Made by a program: the position numbers and the translations under genes. DNA of 64,000 nt. Origin: Bigelowiella natans CCMP2755 (Eukaryota > Protista > Cercozoa). Positions 37,991-51,057 of the stretch are shown here, piece after piece. The DNA is taken from NCBI GenBank assembly GCA_000320545.1, contig ADNK01001386.1:124001-188000 (forward strand), read 5' to 3'. Numbering within the stretch: the first letter of the stretch is position 1; each line of letters starts with the position of its first letter. The notes beneath the pieces were generated by a model, which was not told the origin of the DNA, made no database searches, and was given only the letters and a program-made list of their open reading frames with translations.

Positions 37991-38258
37991 ATACGATTTG
38001 ACATGATGTCTGCACGTGCGTGTGCGCGATCACTTATTCGTCTATTTTCATGATCAAAGGATGCACAAACCAATCTGTCAGAGAAAATAGCTTTGTGTCG
38101 AACATGCGTTCATTTTCTCTTCCTTTTCTAGTCTACAAAACAGCCGTTGCCACTTTTCTTCTTCATTATTGTCCCTCGTAATGCACAGCCGTGCGTAATA
38201 AGAAACGCTGCCTTTGTAGGAGGTTGCGACCACCATCAATTCTCAAAAAATCAAATTA

Positions 38259-39602
38259 TTACTTTCTCATTAGGAGGTCGACGCGATAGTATTTCTTCTT
38301 AGTGCTTTGAAGCCGAGATGCAAAAATCCAGCAGCTGCAACCATGAGACTTATAGAATGGAAGGATCTCTTTGCCAGATGGAGAGACGCCTTCTTCTCGC
38401 TGCAAGAGCATAATATAAGACCGAAGCATAGCAATTTCTACTACGTATTCCAAGATATCTGTTCGTTCACACAGCTACCGTCGCTCAAATACGTAATATC
38501 AAATTTAAAAGCTTATTCTCCTCTGCATTTAAATCTCCATTATTTTCGTTTTTATGATAAGAGAAATATTACCTCTTCGGTTTCTTATTCTTTGAGGAAT
38601 CCTTCCTCCAAACCTAGATGAATACCATTAAAAAGATTGATGCGAGTCGGCGGCAATAATGTTTCTCTATTTTCATTGTCGAACATGCAGAAAGATGTGT
38701 CTCGCCTCTCATCATACATGATGGTCGTGAACAAGTCATAGGGGAGGAGGAGGAGGGGGGGGAAGGTCAGAATTTACCAGTTGATGATCTCCAATATACT
38801 GCGTTTGGAAGGCAGCTTCGCAGTAAGAGAAGTAAAATTCATACCTAGACCATTAACAGAGGAAAAATTAATAATGGTGTAGTGAGGAACGCATAAAAAA
38901 TAAGCATTCCTGACTATGACGATCATTGTAACTTTCATGGTTACAGATAAAAAAGCATGTAGCTCCCATGCCCCCCCCCCCCCCCCCCCCCCCGTGCATG
39001 CTTACATGCGGATGAAGGTGTCGTCGAATAGCTTCTTCGATCCAGTTGTTTGCCTCATTTTCTTAATTTTCTCCTGATTCTCTATCAAGCGAATGCGCCA
39101 ATCCCTTACAAAGCAGAAACAAATCACCACCACCAGAATCATCATCAGCTGTGCAGCGGCAATAAACACGAGGAGGAGGGGAGAAGTTGATGCTACGACT
39201 ACTACGACTACTACCAAAATTGTTCTTTCTCCATTATTATTTATCATTATTGTTACCTCAGTGTCGGTGAGTAGGACAACCCAATGTCTTCTTCGTGCTC
39301 GAGAACCTGTGGGTAGTTGTCCGGTCAAAATCGTCACCATTATTCCCACAGCAGTAGGCCAATTTTATCAGCAGCAAGACAAGGCAACAACGCAAGAACG
39401 CAACACAAATCATGTAAGGAAGATTGCGTGTGCGAAGACTACTGTGTATAAACTATCCCTCGTTCTCCTCTCCCCCCCCTTCTCAACGACGATTCCAGAA
39501 GTATATCTGTGCTCCTACGACAGAATCTAATCTATCTCGATGACAACAACCCAAGGATAGCGACAACGATGAATGATGAGCACTCACAGACACATACACA
39601 CA

Positions 39603-39642
<40 letters not shown>

Positions 39643-39857
39643 ATACGTTTACAAGTTTAATGACCAGATCGGTACTCTTGCATGCCTGCACGCACGCCTG
39701 TACAGATGGCAGATGCGACCCTGGAAATATGTATCTGGACAACAAGACAACCAAACGCAATGATGCGGAAAAACAAGGAGGTGTTTGTTGGCATCGAGGA
39801 GTGATGGAATGTTGGAGAGAGAGAAGATTGTGGGGTGTGCGTGCGTGCGTGTGTTTG

Positions 39858-39898
<41 letters not shown>

Positions 39899-40302
39899 AC
39901 GGATTGTTTATATTTATACACCTTGCAATGAAGTCGGAACCCAAGCGATTTTTGTAGGATTGATAGCGCCATTCTGGAGTTGTGATGACCTGGATAACAG
40001 CCCGCCCCCCCTCCTTCAGTAGTCGATGAAGTGACTCGTGGTAAACTCCAAGGTACTCTTTCCCCACCGCCTCAAGCATCTCGATAGATACGATAGCATC
40101 GAATCCTACAAGTGGAAGCAAGGAAGCAAGGAAGAAGAAGAAGAAGAAGAAGAAGAAGAAGAGGTGGGTGAAGGATGAGTGATAGAGTGAGAAGTGTTGA
40201 CAAGATAGTAGCAAAACTCACCGTTTTGTGGGGGCTGCAGCTTTCGGTAGTCCTTCTCGACGATCGTCACTAGATGAGCGACTCCAGCCTCCTGCAAGCA
40301 AA

Positions 40303-40371
<69 letters not shown>

Positions 40372-41383
40372 CTCTTGAAATCAACGAACCTTGACTCTTG
40401 CTTGTGCTAGCTTAAGCTGCTCTTGCGAGATGGTGACACCCTAATGAGGAGGAGGAGGAGGAGGAGAATATGAAGGGAAAAGAGAGGAAGAAGGACAATT
40501 CAGGATAGCGCCACGAAGGAAGAGTAAAGTAATACACCCATCATTGCTGCTGGTGTATGACTTAACCGTCTATGCAGGTATAAGATATTATCCCTCTGTA
40601 GCTGCTTCTCTATATATAAAACCCCTTATTTTGGTCCTATTCACGTAATATTCTTACTACTGTCACTACTGCTATTACTGACTACTACTACTGCTCTCTC
40701 CTCCCCCACCGTGACTCTGCAGCCTTTTGTTGTAGCAGCCCTGATGGCAAACTCTCCCCAACCACAACCAATTTCCAACACATGATCGCCTGATATATGC
40801 ACGCACGTTGTGAGACGTAGTAGGTTGGTTAGCACCAACAGGAAGTCGGAAGGGAGGCAGTGCAGAAGAAAAGGGGGTGACGAACCGACCTTCTTTTATC
40901 TTCGCCTTCTCGATGATCATATCCAATTTGGCCAATTGTGCTTCCTGGTACCACGATTAAAGTCGATCGTCATTTCGCGGAAGCAGCAACATAGATATTA
41001 GGTTTTTTTTTTTTCTTCTTCTTCTTCTACGCTGGAGCAGCCCGGTGAAAATTGTATTTGTCGCATTACATGTAAAATAATACAGTAATGTAAATGCACA
41101 TGTTTGGTTGTTGTATCGTTGCCTTTAATGGCAAACACCTCGATAGATTCCTTGCCGGTTTTATAAAAAGCGCTTGAGTACCTTTAAAAGGGAGAGGAAG
41201 GGAGTGGGGGGGGGGGTGTAAAGCGAGATACGGCTACTATTCGTTCATATCCATCATCATCATCATCATTGTCATTGTCATCATTTTCACCACAAAATAA
41301 ATTACATCCAAGAAGGTGCGAGTAGAACGTTGAACAGCTCGTTGGACACGTCGTAACTCTCTGCAATGTTCTTCTTAGATCCT

Positions 41384-41418
<35 letters not shown>

Positions 41419-42606
41419 TGAGGAGGAGGAGGAGGAGGAGGAGGAGGAAGAAGATTGGTAGAACTTTGAGAGTGCACACATCCGGCGACATATCCTCCTC
41501 TCCCTCCCCCTCCACCTCTTTCCTGAAGTGTGCCGTACCTTTCAAGGTGTTTGACCGTGTTTTATGGTATATCCATGATCCTATGGACCCTGCTACTGTA
41601 AGAAGACTACTTCCTCGCATTGACTGACAAGACAGCATAAACGATATAAATCACAACAATGATGATGGAAAGAATATAGCATGTTCTTTTGCCAAGAGAG
41701 ACCACCCTTCCAGCAGCACCAGGGGCAAAATAACCATCGTATATTTCACACAAGGGGCATTGTTACAGCACCGATTGTGATCTCATCATCATTCCCATCA
41801 TCATCATCATCATCATCGTCGTCGTCGTCGTCGTCGTAATAACAGATTATCCATCCTTCATATCTAGAGGAGGGTGCTACCTTCCACATCTTTTCGCCTT
41901 GGTTATTAAGAATGGCAAGCTCGATGAGGTCGGTCAGCTGATCGGACTTACGGATTATGAGGGGTTCCATGTTTGGATCTTTGCGAGCGCCAAATCTAGG
42001 TCACAACGATAATCATTGAGGCAGAAGGGGGAGGAGGTGACTTGATAATACTACGGCTACTAGTGCTGCTGCTGCTGCTGCTGGTGCTGGTGGTGATGGT
42101 GGTGATGGTGGCGATTGTTATAGTAATAACACCGAATATATGGATGCTTGATGATGATGATAATGATGATGATGATGATGATGATTTTGGTGATGAACAT
42201 AGAAGCTGGAACCAGATGATTTACATTTGAACAACAAAACAACTGTCAGATTAGCAAGAGCAAAGACTATCACCGATGTCGATCCCTTGGCTTTGAACCC
42301 TGCGTCTCAAAATCGTGACTCATCCATGCTTCTCCAAGGCCAATGTCAGCACTTTTCACCACCTTGCAATAATGTACAAGAGAGGAGGAAGAGAAGGAGG
42401 AAGAAAATGTTGGATGGAGAACGCTGATGATGATGATGACGATAGTGCCGAATAATGAATAAGGTAGGCGGCGGGAGGAAAAAACACAGAGAGACTGGTG
42501 TATTTGGACAGTGAATTGAGTGATTTGCGTTAGGACTTGATGAACCCAATGAATGACATTCCCCCCCCCCCCCGCTTCCATCTCAAACACCATCACCACC
42601 ACCACC

Positions 42607-42643
<37 letters not shown>

Positions 42644-43011
42644 ATCAATGAAATAATATTCGGACTAGCCTCCACTACTACTACTACTACTACTACTACA
42701 ACTACAACTACCACTACTACTATTACCTTGACAAAGAAGTCCATGTTCTTTATGTAGAGGGTTACGTTCGGTGCGGAGGAGGGGCGAGATGATTTCTCAT
42801 CATTATTACTACCATAGCTACTACTGCGTAATGCCTCTCGTGTTTGACCATAAAACCTTTCGCGCCCTATGTATTAATGTGTTAAAAATGCCTTTATTGA
42901 GTATCATCAAGCAGTAGCAGAAGCAGCAGCAGATGTAACAAATGCGTAATTCACATAACATGAGACAGCGATTGTATAATCATCGATCTTCAATGGCTTC
43001 TATCGCTTCTA

Positions 43012-43056
<45 letters not shown>

Positions 43057-43654
43057 CTAATATATGTATTACCATTAGGAAGGATTAGGAGAAGGCTACC
43101 ACGGGTGATACACTGTTGATAACGAACAGGGTGACGGTGATGGTGACGATAGCACACAAACAAACAAACAACAGCAGGAGCAAAACGGAGAACAACATCA
43201 TGCCAGTAATAACACAGTGTGTTGGCGAGTATGTTTGTTCTCTACCCCCTTCCCCACTCTTCCCTTCCCCTCCTTCCTCTACTCCCACCCCCTCCCACAA
43301 CAAAGCAGCCAAGACAAAGACAACACCGTTCTTGCAAGGAGATCGAAGGTTCGGAGGCAGTACGACTGCAGCATGGTGCTCTCTGGAGTGAGGGACCTTA
43401 TTGTTATTTTGACAGTACCACCCCCACGACCACCAGCAGAAGTTGTGTTAGTAGTTGCTGGTAGTTTTTCTTGCAGCAGTAGGGAGGGGAGGATAAGCGC
43501 TTCAACTTGACTTTCGGACATATGAGATAAAGGGAAGATATGTACGACTACAGCAGCCGCACCATCAGATCTCCAGCCTCCTCCTCTTCCATCACAAGTA
43601 GTAATGTCTTTAGAGTAGAAGTGTGTATGCTGCTGTCTGGGGATAACCATCTGT

Positions 43655-43685
<31 letters not shown>

Positions 43686-44835
43686 CTACCGCGGCGTCCA
43701 TGGGATCTTTACCCCCGGCATCGACTGACAGGCCTGCACTGCGCTCCAGATGCCATCCTGATCATGGATGATGACACTTCAACGACGATTTTTCTTCTTT
43801 AGTAGACTACTAGGATATAAAGATAGCAACGTCGTCTTGGTGGAGGAGGCGTGCTACCTCGTGGAAGCCATACTTACACCATGCTCCGCAAAAATAGAGG
43901 CTGCGCTCGCCCTACGACATCGATATGATAGAAATGTTCATTAGTGACGACGACGATGGTGGATGACGGCAACTAAAAGGGGTGATGAAGGTCATGGTGA
44001 ATCATATCATCATCATCATCATCATCATCAACAACAACAACAACAACAAATATGACTACTTGTAGAGTGGGGATCTTGCTCTGGGCTTCGACTGCAGGGC
44101 CAGTAAGCAGCGGGTGGGCGAGATGAAGCTTTCGGATGATCTTGTCCTTCTCTGGAGGGAACGATGCATTCAACGTGCAGAAACGATGACCGCACTTATC
44201 CCCTAGATTCTAAAGTAACCAGGGAGAAACCAGAATGACGCTTATCGATTTGGCTTGAGACAATAACAAAATGAGGGATTTTATTATCTGCTTGCATTCT
44301 TTTTCTTCCTCTTTCTCTTCTTCTTCTTCTTCTTCTTCTTCTTCTTCTTCTTCTTCTTCTTCTCATAATTAATGTCGTCAGTCTCTTGACTGAAACATCT
44401 CCAAACTGCCTAGTTTGACGATGCAGCAGGCACGAACAACATCCACCAGCGGCAAGAACAACCTGGAGGTGGTTGAGCCAATAGGAGACGAATACAGAGG
44501 CCTCAGAGTCTTCGTTCGTCAATTCAGAGTCATGCATGACGTTCCATGATGCCCAATTTGACCGCCCCCGAGGCATTAAACGTGGGTCAGAGTGCTGAAT
44601 GCATCGGTCAGTCATCGAGAGCAGCATATCAGTTTATTCGTAATGATTGACACAATAAGAAGTAGTGAGTCCATCATCGCAGCCGCCACACAGCACACAT
44701 TTATCGTACCAGATATATCTCGTTGTTTTGATACTTTATAGCACCAAGAATGCTCCTCTCTTTATCAGTTGCTTCATCCCCCAGAATCGCTAGCGCTTGG
44801 TCAGGATGGCATGCAAATACCACCTAAATGGCATT

Positions 44836-44871
<36 letters not shown>

Positions 44872-45168
44872 GCTATCCTTCTCCATGGTCCTAACAACAG
44901 TCTTCAAGCTACAACAGCACCGCCATCATCGATCGATCCCTTCCATTCATCAACAGCAGCATATACTACATATCAATCACACCTTGTCAAACGTCTGCTC
45001 CGAGCCATCCTTCTCCGTAACACGTACACGCCTCTTGCCGTCCTTCTCGGCGAGCACCTTGACTTTGCTAACTGAGCAGCTTGTACGTGCATGACCGAGT
45101 TTCGACTTGTTGAGATGCTGCAGCACCGCACCCACATAGCTTTGGCCTAGTAGCCATCATCACCATCC

Positions 45169-45206
<38 letters not shown>

Positions 45207-45579
45207 GTATATAATGTCCAAAGAGCGAAAAAGAAGTAGAGGAAGGGAGGAAAAGTAAGCGGTACCTCTCTTCTTTAAAACACGCCAGCATGGCCTCTCG
45301 CCAAAGGGATTGAGCATGCAGTGGTTGCTGAAGAACTACCGACCGAGGGGGAGGGGAATGGGGAGAGATTATAACGAATAGTAGTAATGATGGTGATGAT
45401 GAGGAGGAGGATGGTGAAAGGGTGTTGATAAGTAAGATAAATGGCGATTGGCTTCTTTCCTACCTGGACAAGGGTCTTGATAGGAAATTGCATGACAGCT
45501 GAGTTTGGAGCACTCCATATTGCCTGTATTGTGTATGTGTATTTGTGTGCACATGTGTGTTTGTTTGCCTGTCTGTCTG

Positions 45580-45654
<75 letters not shown>

Positions 45655-45766
45655 AACGAACCGCGCTCATCGGCAGGAGGTACCACAGGAGAAACACCCT
45701 TGAATAACCGTTCTTTTGGAGATATTCCTTCACCTTGCGAAGAAGGAAAGTGGTAGTAGAAAGAGA

Positions 45767-45806
<40 letters not shown>

Positions 45807-47505
45807 TGAATATTACATCCCAGAAGACGACGACGGCATATCATTTTCTATCTATTCTTCCTCTTCTGCCCCCTCACGTAGGTGCTGCTGCTCACACTGC
45901 TGCTGCTGCTACTACTACTACCCTTTCTCATTTCAAACCGCCATGCCCAGCTGTGAGAGAATAATATCGTTCCACACATTTTGTCGTCGTCGTCGTCATC
46001 GTCACAGCTACTACTGTTATTGTACCGAGACATTCGCCTCTTGCGACGCAGCCTCACTCTTTGGATCCAACAGCCGCGGTGCAGCTCTTGAGAAACGAAT
46101 AACATCGTATATCATCCGCCAAAATTTAGGTGAAGCGACGTTCTTCCACTGGCTAAACACTGTGTTGAGACTATGAGAGGCCCACTCCAACGATCCTGAA
46201 TATGTCAGGAATAGGCAGCCATGGTGGTGGTGATGATGACGATGATGGTAATGTGAAATCATCACATCAATTCAACGGACTCAATGGAAGACGCTGTGAT
46301 AAAATCGACAATTCTTCTTGGCATTTCATTGCGCACTTCCTTCTTCAAAGTGCTCACACACTGTTTTTTTTAATGGATCAGATAGTTACATCCCTCCTTT
46401 CGAGTTGACAACTACCGACAACTATTGACCTTGATCGATGCTAACGCTGAACGACATGTCGGACTCCTCGCTGTTGATGGCACAGCGGCGATGCACACAC
46501 ACACACACACACACACACACAACAGCAGGCAAAGTATTCAAATAACAATTCAATCTTCTGAATATACCCTACTACTCAAACACAAGCATACATCTACACA
46601 CCCCACACATACTCGCACATACTCGCACATACTGCACACCACCAACACACACATGCACAGAGAGAGAGGAGGGGGGAGGGGGGGCAGAGACTGCCAGACT
46701 CAGGCACACACAAATAGTTACCTCTCTACCTCCAATTGGTCGAAAAAGGCAGTGAGATGTGGGTAGTTCTTCAAGTTGAAGACCATGAATCTAATATCGG
46801 GAGGCAAGAAGAAGGTTAGTCTTTTTTAAGTTGAAGACTAAGAATATGATATCATCGGAAGTTAAGAAGAAGAAGGATTTCATAATAAAGTCTTCATGCA
46901 TGTACCGCAGTAGCAGTAACCTTCTTGGCATCATCTCTAAGACGAGGCAGGTTTTTGAAAGGTAGAAGAGGTGAATAACTCGTATTAGTTTACGAATTTT
47001 TAGTTGGTAAATTGATTTGTTCCACATCGACCTACCCTAAATCAACGGGAGGTGACGCTGTCTTATCTGTCAGTGTGTGGCCACCACAATAATCGTTCTT
47101 CTCGTAAATAGTCACCTAACGCATCCGGAAGCATAAAATCATCGACTTTCCAACAAATATTACAGGTGACCTTAGCCACCAACTACATTATTTCCCCCAA
47201 ATCTCGTCGTCACCACCACTGCCACTACTACCCTAAAACAGCACAACCACCACCCTAGCCCTTTTTAGCTTCAGCTTCATCATCATAAGTTGCTGTATGC
47301 TATACCCGGTGCCCATTTTTCGTTAGGATGTAAGAAGTAGCGAGTCCTGCAATGCCAGAACCGATGATAGCGATACGCTCCTGAACAAGTCCAACCGGAA
47401 AAAATGAAAGCCTCAACAGGGAGAATCTTAAGCACCAGCACACACGTATCCGTAAATCGCAGCAGCTAAATCAACCTGATTCCTATGAAACTTAGATTCT
47501 GACAT
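38259..47505 (-). CDS. Fusion of an FAD-dependent amine-oxidase-like domain (COG2907 type) and a SAM-dependent cyclopropane-fatty-acyl-phospholipid synthase
   Basis: [27 protein letters not shown]|[50 protein letters not shown]|DG; then [64 protein letters not shown]. More than 20 small exons; the last exon and 5' end are approximate. Confidence 0.92.
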
Positions 47506-47605
47506 CGATAATCCAGCTGGGTACTTCTATTTATTTGAGAAGAAGAGCATACGAACAAACACGGGGAAATTGTATAAGAGCGAGGCTCTGCTGGCAGTGG
47601 CAGCA

Positions 47606-47646
47606 CTCAGCACTAGCAGCACTAGCAGCACTAGCAGCACTAGCAT
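47606..47646 (+). repeat. 9-bp tandem repeat (GCACTAGCA) x about 4.5
   Basis: gcactagcagcactagcagcactagcagcactagca is visible upstream of the fusion gene. Confidence 0.85.
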
Positions 47647-48407
47647 CACGGAAACACACGGTAAACAGCAAGCAATTGGCCCAAATCCAATCAACATTGA
47701 TGTAGCAAGTTGGAGAATTATCTTGCATATTTAATCAGTCATGGGGTGTTGCGATTTTCGGAACCCATCACCTGCACAGAATGGGGGAGTGTGCAATCGA
47801 GAGAGGGGGTAAACTAGGCGAATTGAATTGCCGCTTTATCCAGTTTTTCGAAATAGCCGGTTGAAAACGGGAGAAATGGCCTGTATTTCCAATGAATGCA
47901 ACAGGCTACGAGGCAGTCACGATTTTAATGAATTCTGTGGATCCACAGCGTCCCTCTTTCTCAGAAAGGAGAATTTCCAAGCACCAACCGGCTTGTCGCT
48001 TTTTCAACAACGACGACTCTTTTTTTCCTTTGTCGTAGAGCGAAAACCCGATGCTCGAAGCATTTTGCTAATCGGACGCCCCAAATTTGCCTACGACTCG
48101 TAGGCGTTGTGGAAAAAGAGGCTTAAGGTACCAGATTTTTTTTAAGATTTGTGCAATATTATCGGGAAAATTACCACTGTAAAATAAAACAATGTTCCGC
48201 GAAAAGGGAAGTGAAACAATAAACACTGCAACACTTTCAATGAGAAATGACTGCGCCAGTTCTAACCTGCTAGATTTATTTTCCATCCGAACAAAAAGTA
48301 AATAGCCTGTAATTCAATCGTACGTCTCAACAAGATGCTGAGCTTATTGCTTACTTCTCAGCAGCACTCGTCAAAGCAACGCTCAACGGGGCGCGAGCTC
48401 CAAGAAA

Positions 48408-48977
48408 ATGGCCAGCAGTAGATACTTTAGTAAGGTCATTTATATCACATTGCAATCAGCAATGATATATCCACGCCTAATTGATGCTTCCTTTCCAGAG
48501 GATCTGGGGATATAGGCTGCTGCGCACAGTACGAACACGTTTCCTATGCACGGAGAAGACCAAAAGCCTAGAAAACTGCGGCAAGATCTTGGCTTCATCT
48601 TTTTGTGGTAATAAAGGATCATGATGCGAACGATAAATGATGCAACACATAAATCAGTATCGGTGGTGTAAATCTTGTGTGATAACTCGATTCTTTGTTT
48701 TTATCTTATTGTGATGCTGGTAGTGGCTGGTGTTGCATTCGCCACTAGCAGGGCTGCTGCTGCTGCAGGAGGAGAAAAGGGAGTAAAACCAATCGTATCC
48801 ATACCGAGACAGCAATACCAAGGTTCGAATTTCAACCAATAGAATACTATGGGATGAAGTAACTTTTTAGTCTGCTTATGGGTAATGATTCGCCACCATG
48901 CTCCTTGTTTAGTCTCCTCTCATCCTCGCTACTCTCCAAATTTCTCAAAGCGCTCAAATACACACACATACACATAT

Positions 48978-49046
<69 letters not shown>

Positions 49047-50378
49047 GTAAATATGTGGTGTGCGTGTTTTGAAAGGGTGCTGTGTAAATTTGACTTAGAT
49101 TCCAACATTCATAGGTGTTTTCAGATTGCTATTCTTCCCCCCCGTAACTGTCGCGCGCGCAGAATCGGAAAGTGAGGAAGAGGATGGAAGCGACAGAAGG
49201 AGGAAAAGACAGAGCGCTGATACGAAAAGAAAACGTTGTCGAGCATGTGCGGATGATGGGTTTCTCGAGAATGCCCTAGCAGTGATGAGTGCGACAGGAA
49301 GCAGCAGCACATCCTCCAAAAAGGTCGAAAGTAGACACTGAAAAGCAATGTGTACTGTAGCGCAAGAGATACAGGGATAGCAAGAGAAGTATCCATGCAT
49401 TCTTATCGTGAAATGGTGATATTATATTGGCAAGTAGGAATGCCCTCCAAACTCAGCGGTACTAGGAAGGGCCACGTGGACGTATCTCCATAGCTTAGCT
49501 GCATACTACCCTGACGAACCATCGAAAGAGCAAATATCCAAGATGAATAGGTGGATTGATATTTGTTGGCATTGGAAGGAAGCGCCTATCGTACAAACTC
49601 TTACCTATCCGTAAATATAAGACTCGATTCCCGGACTTCTTATGTTTTGCATGTTTTCCTGCTATAGATGCTTATAACTAAATTTGGATTTGGATTATTG
49701 CTTCTTTTCCTCCTCTCAATCTTGTTCTCCTTCTTCTTCTCTCACTACGAATGCCACCACCACTACAACAACCACCAATACTACTACTACTACTAAAGGC
49801 TACACTACTGAAATCAGGTTCATCTACACATTCTCTGAGACGTACCCTTGCGAATATTGCGCACATCATATGCAAGAGTACCTGAAACAAAATCCTCCAC
49901 GAGTGAAATCAAGGTACTCGGACTGTGGAAAGCAGGAAGAGGGGCGAGGGAGGGGGGCATACAAGCATATTGCCTCGTTCATTCACTTACATAAGTTTCA
50001 ACTCTACGAAAAGAGAAGGAATCCTTGATACTATTGTTTCTCTTCCTCCGCCTTACTCCCCCCTATTATCGTTATCATCAACACTTACAGATCAGAGTTC
50101 TCGCAATGGATGTGTAAAATGCACAATGAGGTACAGCCTACGCGCGACAATTCTCTGGTCGCTCTCATTCCAAAAGCGATCCACGGGATATTTCTATGCT
50201 TGCTGCATGTATGTCATCTCTCCTGTAGGACAGGACAGTTGTTCTCTTCACTCTGAATTATGATGAATGTCTGGTGCGAATCTCTCAGGTAAATTCCAGA
50301 CTTGGAAAGGCACAGTTTGACTGCGCAAAGGTTGATGAAAGATGGTTGGATGGTCCGTCCGATGGTTCTTGTGACTAG
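48408..50378 (+). CDS. ERV1: Erv1/ALR FAD-linked sulfhydryl oxidase with a long N-terminal extension
   Basis: CRAC shuttle motif; [28 protein letters not shown]; YPCEYC; WMCKMHNE|[12 protein letters not shown]; [12 protein letters not shown]. The upstream exons are inferred from phase. Confidence 0.93.
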
Positions 50379-50499
50379 GAATGTGAGCAGACGAGGAGGA
50401 AAGGGAAAACCAGAAAATGATAGGATGGCACCATATCTAGATGTGGCTTTTGCACGATGTCAAAATTTAAAAAACATTGCATAGTAAGCTCTTCTGAGG

Positions 50500-51050
50500 A
50501 ACTCTGGTTTTGCAACTGTCAATGACAATAAATTGCATTCAAGTCGTTCATTTTATTACCCGCATACATGTGCCGCATATATTCGATTTTGGTCGAAAAA
50601 TAACAACGAACCTATGTTATTTTAGTAATGCTAGATTGGTCGACGTACCCATCCTCATCACATATATACTTTTAGACTTGCTGTAATGTATCAAGATACA
50701 TTCGCGGCTAGCTAGCGAGGTGATATTCGCTTACATGCATTTAGAGCCACCACCATTATTATTCTCAAAGTGACCATCGACGCAAGCTTTATACATCGAC
50801 TATGACTAGTTTAGTAATAATGACACACGATGCTGCATGTAGCTAGGTAGGATCGCTGAGACTGCGCGTTATTGCGCGGTAGTAGAAAAGTTTCAAAAGA
50901 CGAGTTTTTGCTTTGCTTAATTTGCAGCATGGTAACACGGCAGCACGCAATCTACTATCTCTACGAATTATAGGTCAATGAAGCGTTAAGTATCTGGCCA
51001 TGCAATATGAGTCTGCCAGAAGCGTACAATTTATGTGCTTCGCCTTTCAC
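50500..51050. other. Purine/pyrimidine-alternating convergent spacer (ERV1 / 7TM-RGS)
   Basis: GCATACATGTGC, GGCTAGCTAGCG, ACATGCATT and GCATGTAGCTAGGTAG. Confidence 0.55.
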
Positions 51051-51057
51051 CATCACG

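Noticed and set aside
36420-38250. Terminal inverted repeats or LTRs bounding the TpA-free island
   Set aside because: None could be found by eye, so the mobile-element identity remains unproven.
47606-47646. Regularly repeated unit as a CRISPR-like array
   Set aside because: It is a 9-bp tandem repeat with no spacers, in a eukaryotic context with no cas genes.
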